Shown: positions 10,157-19,640 of the stretch, one piece after another | Position numbering within the stretch: position 1 is the first letter of the stretch | Layout: the number at the start of each line of letters is the position of its first letter | Source: Paraspadella gotoi | Lineage: Eukaryota > Animalia > Chaetognatha | Reading direction: 5' to 3' | Length of the DNA: 20,916 nt | Assembly (NCBI GenBank): GCA_051294375.1 | Contig: JBJCIZ010000002.1 | Coordinates: 1-20,916 of the forward strand | The notes under the pieces: model-generated | Told to the model about the DNA's origin: nothing | What the model saw: only the letters and a program-made list of their open reading frames with translations | Databases searched by the model: none | Position numbers and translations under genes: made by a program

Positions 10157-10822
10157 TGTTTACCATGTTAAAGATTTCTCAACAATTTCAGTAACATCGA
10201 TCGAAGTCTATTCAATTGTTTCGTATATAATCCTATATACCATCTTTATATTGACTTATTAACGATATTATTATTGTTGATATATGGAGAAATCTCAGTA
10301 TCAACAGGGGGCAATGCAGGGGAGGAGGGCCATATCAATTGGACCTGCAATCGTTCAGATTCTGTGGGTGGGATAACACAATAGTGGAATAAGGACAAAC
10401 AAAGAATCCTTTTGTTAGAAAGCCGGTCACGCACCCAGATGACGTACCGGGTCCGTTTCCTTATGCGTTTCTGGGACCGTTTTCCTTTGAAGTAATTGTA
10501 AAGTGTGAAAAGTCAGTCTTAGTTGAAACCTCTTGATTTCAACCGTGTTTTATTCTCGTGATTTCAACCTACAATAAAACTTTTGCATTATCAACTTTTG
10601 GCTTCTATTTACTTCAAATTCTCTAACAATGGTAAAGAATACATTTTATTAAGAAGAGAAGAAAGTGAAACAAGTTTTAATCTTTGTGAAATAATTCAAA
10701 AACGAATAAACTTACTTCATAAGTCACTGACCTGTTTTCCCTGATTAATGGCTCCTACGCTAAAACGCTCTTTGGCACGTCGTCACTCACCATTAGTGAC
10801 CGGTCACCGCCGCGTGGCCACA
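10157..10822 (+). repeat. 3' LTR
   Basis: Homologous to the 5' LTR, ends in CA at 10822, AATAAA at 10705-10710. The start is inferred at TG 10157 just after an N run (10144-10153) where the polypurine tract is expected. Clear homology begins at ~10329. Confidence 0.85.
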
Positions 10823-10823
10823 T

Positions 10824-10958
10824 GGCTACGGCCACTGACGGAAGAAAAACCTGTTGAAGCCCGGGACGAATGAGACCAATGACCGGAGGGTCCTAAGGTT
10901 TCATGTGGTCTCGGTTGTGTGAGGCGAAAAGAGAGAGGGTCGAGGTAACTCGCCCTCA
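10824..10958 (-). repeat. ~130-bp copy of the segment at 12320-12442 (PLE GIY-YIG start), ending exactly at the 3' LTR
   Basis: ggctacgg..ggaagaa..tgaagcc..gaccaa.tgaccggagg..tcatgtg..gaaaagagagag..tcgag.taactcg.cctca is present in both places. Confidence 0.8.
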
Positions 10959-11849
10959 CCCGCCCCTGAAGTCGCGTGCTCCGAGGAAAGAGGCGCGCGC
11001 TGAACGACACTGGGCGGTCGAAGTCCATGGTGGGTTGCTAAAGAGGCTCGTTTGCTTGGCTCCAAAGAGTCGATGCTGAACAAATACGAAATTCTTTAAG
11101 TCCACAAATCTCATGAGCTTGGAATCAGACGGAGGGTGTGTAGCCTCTACATTTTGGGCGCGCTGCCGGCGTTTGCCCGCGCGTCGATCGCGCGGTCGCA
11201 TCCAGCAGTGCGAGTCCACATTGCGCTGGCCTTTCAGCGGTGTACGTAGATTTCGTGGGTATTTCCTCTGTACATGCCATAGAGCTCGCGATGTAAATCG
11301 CTGGTTAAATGAGATGTTGTTTTGTTTGTTTTGGTGTTAGAAGGTGGGCGTCAGGAAAAAGTGACAGCCGAGATAAGAAAAAGAGTGGAAGTAAGAAAAG
11401 GGGAAAAGAAAGAAAATTTTGAGAAAAAGAATTATTGAAAATATAAGGAAGATAAAAGAGGGAGGATAAAAAGTATAAAATAAGGAAAAAGGAGTAAAAG
11501 TGGGTGAGAGTCTTCACTATTGATCCGGTATGTGGTGAAGAGGAAAAGGGCGGTGTTGAAGGATTTGTTGTGAGAGATCAGCCACGTGGCGTGTGGATAG
11601 CAAAATGTGAGTGAAGGCGCGGCGCTAGCTTTGGTAGAGATAGGGTTTTCTCGGCGTGTCTGTGTTCCATTCGTGCAAGCGTCGTCAGTAAACGTCGGGG
11701 AAAGAAAAGCGTGAGGACGGACTCATACAAGTGTTGGAGTTTTGTGCAGAGGGATTGGGGTGCACGCTGGAACACCGAAATAGGGATAAATTGGAGGTGG
11801 AAAAAAGGGAGGTCTTTTTAGGAGGGGACATTGGATACGAGACGGACAA

Positions 11850-12035
11850 GTCGCTCGTTGCCGAAATGTAGAGGCTGAATGGGTGATCCTTCGCTTCACA
11901 AAAGAAATCAGTAGTTTTTTACCGAAAGCGGAAGATTCAACAAGTTTCCAATTCATCTCGATTTTCGTCTTGTTCACGTTGGGAGGTAGGATACTTAGTC
12001 TGGTGAGCGTTGGTTGGCAATTTGTAACATTTTCG

Positions 12036-12078
<43 letters not shown>

Positions 12079-12442
12079 TAAGACAGGAAGGGGTTTTTAG
12101 AGGCTTTTTTTTATATACGCGTTTTTCACGAAGGATTTTTGGGCGTGTTCTCGTCGGCCTTCACATGTGGAAGACCACGACATAGGAGAGTAGGGAGAAC
12201 TTTAATTATGTTGAATGAGTAAAACATGTGAAGAGAATAACTAGGTGACATATGTTTGAAAACTAGGCAATAACATTGTTGTACAGTTCGAGGGTTGAAA
12301 AACGTTGTGTCTCTCGGTGGGCTACGGGCACGAGGAAGAACCGTGTGTGAAGCCGCGGAACGATAGACCAAATGACCGGAGGTCTGCAAGGTCATGTGTC
12401 GTTGAGAGGAAAAGAGAGAGAGGATCGAGTAACTCGGCCTCA
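11850..12442 (-). mobile_element. 5'-truncated Penelope-like fragment (GIY-YIG 3' end), degenerate
   Basis: Across indels: FPLND (12412-12398), P.DLRS.LVY (to 12363), TERH (12318-12307), RTVQ (12290-12279) and KKLLI (~11920-11906). Compare the PLE consensus F.LKD..P..L.S.LVY....YxG.T.RHL..R..(E/Q)H ... L.I.E. Confidence 0.55.
12039..12077. repeat. Poly(T) tract
   Basis: Uninterrupted T run, directly visible. Confidence 0.95.
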
Positions 12443-12639
12443 TATCATATGTATAAGATAACCTAATAAAGGATGTAAGAAACATTTTGAGGAGCCTTAG
12501 TGAGAATATGGCTTGCAGGATTCATGAGATTTGGAAAGTTATTGTAAAAATGCACAACAGATATGTTAAATGCGTTACATGTGCATTGAAAGTGGGAGAA
12601 ATCCCCTCTTATTTTAATATTGAGGATAGGACTTGCATC

Positions 12640-13235
12640 GAAATGATTTTCCCGAGCGGGACACTACGCATCCATTGTTAATCTGATGGTTTGATAGCCA
12701 AAATGATGGGTTATTTGCTCAAGGAGGAAAAAAATGCGAGCTCTTGAGAGTGCAACAGGATCCTAAATCGAGTGTTTTTATATCTCATTGCTTTTACCTG
12801 AATTGTTTTCCCAGGGGCGTTTACATCGTTGTCAGTCAATTTAATGAAAGAATGCTTATTGACACAAAGTCTTCCTCGATTCTCTAAGAGAATGTAGACT
12901 TCCTATTGGGAGATGCGCCATCGTTGAAGATGCATATGGCTCCAGTCAAGATTCCTTATATTTGCACTTCTATTAAAACTGCAGTAGTCAGGCCAAAAAA
13001 AATTATGTCAATATGGGCAGATCTTCGAAAGCTTGGCGTCTTGGAAGCCAATTGGAGTAGAGCGGATCGAAATTCTCCATTTTATCAGTGCCCAAAGAAA
13101 TGGTATTTAAATGGATTGGTCAAGGGCCGTGTTTTGTCCCTATGTGCCAGAGGAAAACTCCTGGCTCTTGAGAAAAAAAGATTAAAATCCAATGACCGAT
13201 ATCAGTACAGTTTCCGAACTTATTGTGTTCTCTAC
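12640..13235 (+). pseudogene. Possible Tc1/mariner (ITm, DDxD) transposase remnant
   Basis: MIF.. at ~12642, DG..SQND across an indel (12685-12707), FLLGDAPS (D at 12912) and ADL..LE.NW (D at 13020, 35 residues later). These resemble the FSDE / N.QN / QDGAP.H / SPDLN..E..W series. All matches are imperfect. Confidence 0.35.
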
Positions 13236-13660
13236 ATGAATGAAAAAAGCAAAAATTGAAAAATTCTCTGCAATCTAAGTGCTGATGCAAGGATCAAATG
13301 GAACTGGTTTTTTAGGTGAAAATGCATAGGTCAAGCCTGTCACTTTTCTGTTGATTTTGACAGCCATTTGACAGAGAAACTGTATTTGATTGTTACTATT
13401 CAGAATCAGGTAGCAGCGCGGGCTAATTCAGAGCCATGTTTCCATAATATAGATGCAAAAAGATTTTAAAAAAGTCCAATCAACAACTTATTGAAAAACA
13501 GAAAATCGTCGTCACAGTGTTTGCTTGTGAGTCCCAAATGCTAAAAAAATAAATTTTTAAATTATATTTTTTTATAATACTTAGTTAAAAATATTTATAT
13601 AAATATAATTAGTAGTATTAAAGAATTGTGATTAAACTTCTTTCGTTGTGTTTTAGGTAA

Positions 13661-13792
13661 TTGAAAATGGACAAATCTTGTTTACAGCAACGTTTTATTT
13701 AAATGTCAGACAAGTCCTCTCGGCTTTCAATTCAGCCTTCACAGTGCTTTGACAATTCACAGTTTTTCAATGTTTACCAAATTAAACTTTGG

Positions 13793-13829
<37 letters not shown>

Positions 13830-14425
13830 GAGAGAGAAAAAATGGCCAACAAGATATGAGACAGAACAGTGGTGAAATGTGAGGACAGGTTAGTTAGTAG
13901 AGAGAGAAGAAGAGAATGTGAGGAAAAGAAATTAAATTTGTGAATGAGGGAGGAGAGAGACAGAGAAGCAGAGGTTAACATTGTAAGTAAAAGAGTTACC
14001 ATAGAATGTACAACACATTTATTAAATTATCATTTGTTGTACATTTTCTAATGTAACTCTTCTTACCAAATGTTAACCTCTGCTTCTCTCGTCCTCTCTC
14101 CCTCATTCAACAAATTTAATTTCTTTTCCTCACATTCTCATCTCTCTCTCTCTACTAACTTAAACCTGTCCTCACATTTCAACACTGTCCTGTCTCATAT
14201 CTTTGTTTGGCCAGTTTCTTTCTCCTCTCTATTTCTCTCTCTCTCTTTTCTTCTCTCTCTCATCTCTTCAAAGTTAATTTGGAAAACATGAAAAACTGTG
14301 AATTGTTTCAAAGCCACTGGATGAAGGCTTGAATGAAAGCCGAGAAACAACAAAAACCAAAAAACCTTTGTCTGTACATTAAAATAAAATCGTTGCTGTA
14401 ACAAAGACTTTGTCTTCATTTTCAA
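13661..14425. repeat. Long inverted repeat: arms 13661-14015 and 14035-14425, 19-nt spacer; contains (GA)n/(TC)n
   Basis: atgtacaaca/tgttgtacat flank the centre. gagaagcagaggttaacatt, aaatgtgaggacaggtt, caattcacagtttttca and ttgaaaatg all recur as reverse complements. ORFs 13757(-) and 14070(+) give near-identical peptides. Confidence 0.95.
14317..14348 (+). ncRNA. Hammerhead-ribozyme-like core (incomplete; mirror copy 13718-13744 on -)
   Basis: CTG(G)ATGA-A-GGCTT-gaatga-AAGCC-GAGAAAC. The three copies give the consensus CTGATGA. Stem II is clear, the second box reads GAGA rather than GAAA, and stems I/III could not be built convincingly. Confidence 0.3.
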
Positions 14426-14429
14426 GTAT

Positions 14430-14955
14430 TAAGAAGAAATTTTTATTCAATCCGGACAAAGGTGTATTATATATTAAAAAGTATATAGGGTATTTAAATT
14501 AATATTTTAAATTAATTTTTTTTAAACTGTGATAATTTTTGTGTTATTATGATATAATTAAAAAATATAAGATAAAATAAAATTTTTAATTTTATAAAAA
14601 TATAATAATCATTTAAAATATTAATAATTAAAATAAATTTTTATTTTTTTATTTTAATAATAATAATAATAATAATAATAAAATAATAATAATAATAAAT
14701 AAATAATAAAAATATCCAATTTCATATAAATATTTTATTTTATTTTTTAATTATTATTATTTTTATTATTAATTTTATTATTATTATTTTATTATTATAA
14801 TACAATCTGATAATATATATTTTATATAAAATAATTTTATTTTATTTTTATTTAAAAATTATACAAATTTACTTTTTAAATTATTTAATATGGCAAATAA
14901 ATTTTAAAAAAATTATTTTTAAAAAAATTAATATATAATAAAAATTATTTTAACT
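14430..14955. repeat. Extremely AT-rich low-complexity tract with (AAT)n/(ATT)n
   Basis: Directly visible. Confidence 0.9.
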
Positions 14956-15222
14956 AAGGGGATTTTTCTGAAAAATTCAGGCCCAGGATCTCACTGTGCG
15001 CCCGGTCTAAAGCTTAGTACTAACGCCGTAGACCTAATCTGTTGTTGGATCAAAACGAGCTTCGATTTTTAAAGGAAGATGATCGGTTGAAGATGATTTT
15101 GCGATTGCTTTTTTGGCGATTACTTTTGAACGGATTGAATTGTCTATCGAACGCTAACAAAATTTGATATAAAACAATGAGTTGTTTAGAAACGATGCTC
15201 ATCCCACTCTAATGTAATATGA

Positions 15223-15735
15223 AGTTTCGATGAAATCGTCCGAGTGAAATGAGTTTAAATGGAATAAAATAAAAAAAATAAATTTTACTATTTGAACACC
15301 AATTACTAAAGAGTGGATGAGGCGATTGACTTGAAATTTTGTATTTGCCTAGGAAAGTGTGTGATTGAGCTGGAAATCAAGTTTCGATGGAATCGTTTGA
15401 GTGGAAATGAGTTTAAATGGAAAAAAACAAAAAACCTGTTTCACTAATTTATTATGCTTTTTTTTCCTTTTATATTAAATGTAAATGAAGGATGTATTAA
15501 TAAATCAAATAAATAATCAGTTAATTAATCAATTAGTCAATTAATTAATCAATAATTAATAAATTAGTCAATCAATCCGTCCATCCGTCCCATCTTAGCA
15601 AAAAGCTCCAATAACTCGTGATTGGCTGGTTGGATTGGAATGAAATTTTGTGTGTGGGTAGGACAATGTGAGATGAAGCTGGATATATAGTTTCGATGGA
15701 ATTGTGTCTGTGGAAATGAGTTTAAATGGAAAAAA
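15223..15735 (+). repeat. Three diverged sub-repeats plus (TCCG/TCCA) microsatellite, HINE/DINE-1-like internal region
   Basis: agtttcgatgRaat..gtg(g)aaatgagtttaaatggaa at ~15223, ~15380 and ~15689. Copies 2 and 3 also share tgaaattttgt..tagga..gtg.gat..agctgga. tccgtccatccgtcc at ~15576. Confidence 0.75.
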
Positions 15736-15810
15736 CATAATTCACATTTTCTTGAATCTTTTTTATTTATGATTACAAATAAATGTTTTAATTAATTACT
15801 TAATTAATTT

Positions 15811-16360
15811 GAAAAAATGATACAATTAAAAAAAATTATGCAAGTTGAAAAAATTATGCAAGTTGAAAAAATGATACAATTAAAAAAAATTATGCAAGTT
15901 GAAAAAATTATGCAAGTTGAAAAAATTATGCAAGTTGAAAAAATTATGCAAGTTGAAAAAATTATGCAAGTTGAAAAAATTATGCAAGTTGAAAAAATTA
16001 TGCAAGTTGAAAAAATTATGCAAGTTGAAAAAATTATGCAAGTTTAAGAAATTATGCAAGTTAAAAAAAATGATGCGAATTATAAAAATGATGTAAATTG
16101 ACAAAATGATGAGTTGAAAAAATTATGTGCGTGGAAAAAATGATGCGAGTTAAAAAAATGATGCGAATTGTAAAAATGATTGAAAAATTATTATTATTAT
16201 TATTATTAAAAAAATGATGCGAATTGTAAAAATGATTGAAAAATTATTATTATTATTAAAATTGAAAAAATGATGAGTTGAAAAATTATGTGCGTGGAAA
16301 AAATTATACAAGTTTAAAAAATGATGTGAGTTAAAAAAATGATGCGAGTTAAAAAAAATT
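15811..16360. repeat. 18-bp minisatellite (GAAAAAATTATGCAAGTT)n; ~14 regular units to ~16062, then degenerate
   Basis: Directly visible. It explains the IMQVEK / KKLCKL / NLHNFF repeat ORFs. Confidence 0.95.
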
Positions 16361-16416
16361 TTAAAAAATATTGTGTTTTATCATCTGATTAGCAGATTAC
16401 CGCTTAATTATTGTAG

Positions 16417-16449
16417 GCAGATCCGACATTGTTTGCTCAAACTTGTTTT
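16417..16449 (+). mobile_element. HINE/DINE-1 (Helentron-associated)-like 3' terminus
   Basis: SubTIR GCAGATCCGAC (16417-16427), short stem-loop GTTTG-CT-CAAAC (16431-16442), then TTGTTTT. Confidence 0.55.
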
Positions 16450-16632
16450 CTAACTATGCAGTCGAACATTTTCACAATCCTGTTCAGTTTCTAGTATAAT
16501 TTTAAGTGCTTAATACGATTAACAAGGTGTCGACAATCAGATTTTGCCTTTGATCCAAGCACAATTGACCGGAAGTTGGCATGGACTACAACATCGAATT
16601 TTTCTTTTTACCACAACTGAAAAATGATGCAG

Positions 16633-16702
16633 TTTTTTTAGTCGGATCTGCTTATCAGCAGATCCCGACTCTATAACTCACTTTGTCGGTCCATCGGTCC
16701 GC
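16633..16702 (+). mobile_element. HINE/DINE-1-like 5' terminus
   Basis: T-run, then hairpin AGTCGGATCTGCT-tatc-AGCAGATC(C)CGACT (16640-16670), CTATAA and a GTCGGTCCATCGGTCC microsatellite. This is the subTIR + IR + GTCY/GTCG layout of these elements, and the subTIR matches 16417-16427. Confidence 0.65.
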
Positions 16703-16773
16703 CCCCTCAATATTGTCGGGCACACACTTATGTCATGTCAGAACATCGAATTATGATAAATTATGCTTAGAGA

Positions 16774-16875
16774 TGAAACGAAAAATTCGTTGTAATAGCA
16801 ATTCTATTTTTATTAATGTACAGTCTTCATCAGCAAGTGAATTCAATAGACCAAAAATTTTTTAAACATTAGTTT

Positions 16876-16906
<31 letters not shown>

Positions 16907-17063
16907 TTTCCAACAAAGAATTGAGCAAGGATAGTGGTCAGATGTGAGGACAGGTGAAAGTAGGGAAAGAGAGAGTAAATGATTTTTTGAAATTGGTGAA
17001 AAGAAAAAGAGAGAGAGAGAGAGAGAGAGACACAGGGATCAATACATTAGGCAATGTACAACA
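16774..17063. repeat. Third, more diverged copy of the 13661-14015 repeat unit (same orientation as the left arm)
   Basis: Shares cag.cttca(t)cag, (GA)n, ccaacaa, agtggt...atgtgaggacaggt and the terminal aatgtacaaca. Confidence 0.8.
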
Positions 17064-17736
17064 GTGAAAAATTTTAGAAAAACTAAATATTTAACAAAAG
17101 TAATAATAAATTAATTGTTAGCTGATGATTGTTAGTAAGAGAAAATGAAATAGAAGAATAAGTGATGAGGGATAGATAAGTCTGTATCACCTGTCCCCAA
17201 ACAGGCCCGAACAGGCAATCGCCCACCTCACTGTCAGGTGAGAGGAGGGCCTTCGGCAGGCCTATCAGGTCAGAGAGATATTCGAGTGGCACTAGGCATT
17301 TTTCCAGCCGGATCATTACCAGATCCAGCCCTGTCCCATTCCACCACAATATCATCTCAGCCTATGACAGGCCAATGACCCGACTACATCGTTAACGTCC
17401 CACATTTGCCCAGCTGGGGGGGGGCCAGCTCATTTTTGAGCTCTTTTTTCTTACCTTACTATTTCACTTATCTTTAACTTATATATCCCTCTAGGGAAGA
17501 GGATCGGCGACATGGGTAAAATTTACAATTCAATGATTCTGCAAGCTGATTGGTCGATTCTGTTCGTGCTTGACCAATCCAGGATTCGGCGATTCCATTT
17601 CGCCCAAGCTCGGATCCGATTCGATTCTGGTGGCTTGATACTCCTGCGATGTGACCCCCCCTTCCTCCGTGAGCGTGGGCAGGGTCAGTTGACCGCGTGA
17701 AGTTGAAAAGTCTCATTCGCCCAAGGGGAATCTCAA

Positions 17737-19313
17737 GGCCGTCTGAAAACTTGCCCGTCGTTTCTTTTTGCGATTGTCTAGGTTGTCTTTCTTGGGCAGC
17801 AAAGTCCAGCAGGATACTACGGTGATCGCGATGATTACCAATATGCAAATGAGAAGCGGTAACAAGTTGGTGACGTCGGGCAACCAGGTCCAGTTGGGAA
17901 AATTTCCGATGACTTTTTTGAAGCTTGAGTAAGTTGATCCGTGCTTGTATTTTTCCAGGTTATCTTTGAAGTCCTGAATCCAGTCGTAAATTTGTGATGT
18001 TTGTCGAGGAAATCCTGTATCTTTAAGAAAAGATTTGCCTCAGTAGATGGATCTTGTTTTTTCGTGCTTGGCATTAACTGTAATTTCTCCCCGTTTTTGT
18101 TTTATAGGTTCCCTGTTGCATATAAATAGGCGCGGGTTGCAACTCGTCGTCGGGGATGTTTGTACGATGTGATGGTGAATCGAATGACGGAATTACCTTT
18201 CCTCTAAATTTGAATGGGTAAGTCCTTAAGGTCCGGGATCACTCAATTCAAATTATAATTAGGCTAAAACCAAGCTCGGATTTCGAAAGGAGAGCTCCTG
18301 ACGATTCCGAAAATGTATTTCACTTTACTATTTTTTCCAAAGGCGTCATCGTTTTTTCGATTTTTTTTTGTACTATATAAAATAAAAGAAACCTATTTGA
18401 AGAGTTTGCAGACCAAACGGTAAGGCGGTTTCTCATGAAATTTGGCATGAATTATCTTTAGGTCACGGACTCCAATTCTATGAAAAGATACTTTCAAAAT
18501 TTGCCTTCCTTCAATAGAAAATTTTATTATTTAGTCAATTTTTGGGATTAATTCCTTGATATCTTTGAAACGAAAAAGTTTTTCCAAAACAGCGCTCATA
18601 GAATCTCCCCACCTTTCCTTTCTTGCCCAAGATATTTTTTTCTTCAAGAAGAGTCCAACGGTTTGAGCTGCAACTCTTCGTTTTTAACTTCTCTTCGTTA
18701 AGAAAAGTTAAATTCTGTACTCATTACTCTTGCAAGATTCACTTCAACATACACAAACAACGGGATGTGTGAATGGAGTTTGTTCAACGCCGATGTCTTA
18801 AAAAAACGGCTTACTGTTTTTAATTTTTCTTAATCCAGGTTTGATTTTTTTTCAGAGATTCCCTAGAAAATAGGGCAACTATTTTATGATATAACATTTA
18901 CATAAGTAAAAAGTCAAATTGAAATAAATTGGATAACTCATAAAAACTCATAAAAGCATAAAAACCCGTCAGGAAAATGTGTAGATTGTTTATTTTAGAC
19001 TTATTAGTGATACACTCCAAGTACGTACTTGCACCAAAAGAAGAATTACTTACTTACTTACTTACTTTACTTACTGTAAAGAAATCAGTTTTTAAGTTAA
19101 AAATTTGGTTGTAAAAATTTACCTTACATTTAAAAAAATATTTTTCTCTTGAAAATCTAAGTTTTACCGAAGAAAAAATTTTGTTTAAATTTTTATGAAC
19201 ATTTTAGGTAGATTTTTAAAAGTTTTCAAATATTTTTTAATAGAAAACCTCTTACGGGACGCGAGAAAAATAATTAATATACATTAAATTGAGATTTCTA
19301 CAATTTTAGGTTG
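17737..19313. repeat. Copy 1 of a 1.58-kb tandem duplication
   Basis: Runs from ggccgtctgaaaac to caattttaggttg and is near-identical to 19339-20916 apart from small, mostly 1-bp homopolymer indels. Confidence 0.97.
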
Positions 19314-19338
19314 NNNNNNNNNNNNNNNNNNNNNNNNN

Positions 19339-19640
19339 GGCCGTCTGAAAACTTGCCCGTCCGTTTCTTTTTGCGATTGTCTAGGTTGTCTTCTTGGGCA
19401 GCAAGTCCAGCAAGATACTACGGTGATCGCGATGATTACCAATATGCAAATGAGAAGCGGTAACAAGTTGGTGACGTCGGGCAACCAGGTCCAGTTGGGA
19501 AAATTTCCGATGACTTTTTTGAAGCTTGAGTAAGTTGATCCGTGCTTGTATTTTTCCAGGTTATCTTTGAAGTCCTGAATCCAGTCGTAAATTTGTGATG
19601 TTTGTCGAGGAAATCCTGTATCTTTAAGAAAAGATTTGCC
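19339..19640 (-). CDS. Possible exon/partial ORF of a single-pass membrane protein (copy 1 starts at 18039 with indels after the TM)
   Basis: Stop-free frame GKSFLKDTGFPRQTSQIYDWIQDFKDNLEKYKHGSTYSSFKKVIGNFPNWTWLPDVTN-LLPLLICILVIIAITVV-SCWTCCPRRQPR: a hydrophobic helix followed by a Cys cluster and basic residues. There is no in-frame ATG and no homologue that I recognise. Confidence 0.4.

Larger units (their letters stand above)
4404..10822 (+). mobile_element. Full-length Ty3/Gypsy LTR retrotransposon, CsRn1-like lineage
   Basis: Direct terminal repeats ending ...GCCACA at 5029 and 10822, a PBS, gag with Cx2Hx9Cx3C, and pol in PR-RT-RH-IN order with a GPY motif. The left boundary is uncertain (4404-4560) and no TSD was found. 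Confidence 0.95.

Noticed and set aside
11645-11690. CTGACGA...GCCGAGAAAA on the - strand in the putative PLE 3' UTR
   Set aside because: Stem II does not pair and no stem I was found.
12405-12421. GAGGAAAAGAGAGAGA resembles part of the PacBio SMRTbell adapter
   Set aside because: The rest of the adapter is absent and there is no inversion around it. It is explained as S-L-F-P-L codons of the PLE fragment.
13757-14425. Hydrophobic Leu/Ser-rich ORFs 13757-14002, 14070-14291 and 14195-14425
   Set aside because: They are translations of (CT)n/(GA)n microsatellite within the inverted repeat.
15817-16104. Repeat-protein ORFs or a CRISPR-like array
   Set aside because: This is a contiguous 18-bp minisatellite with no spacers and no cas genes. 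Several frames are open only because the unit lacks stops.
18298-18325. CTGACGA-TTCC-GAAA hammerhead-like core (also at ~19903)
   Set aside because: There is no stem II or stem I pairing. It sits in AT-rich sequence resembling a non-autonomous DNA repeat.
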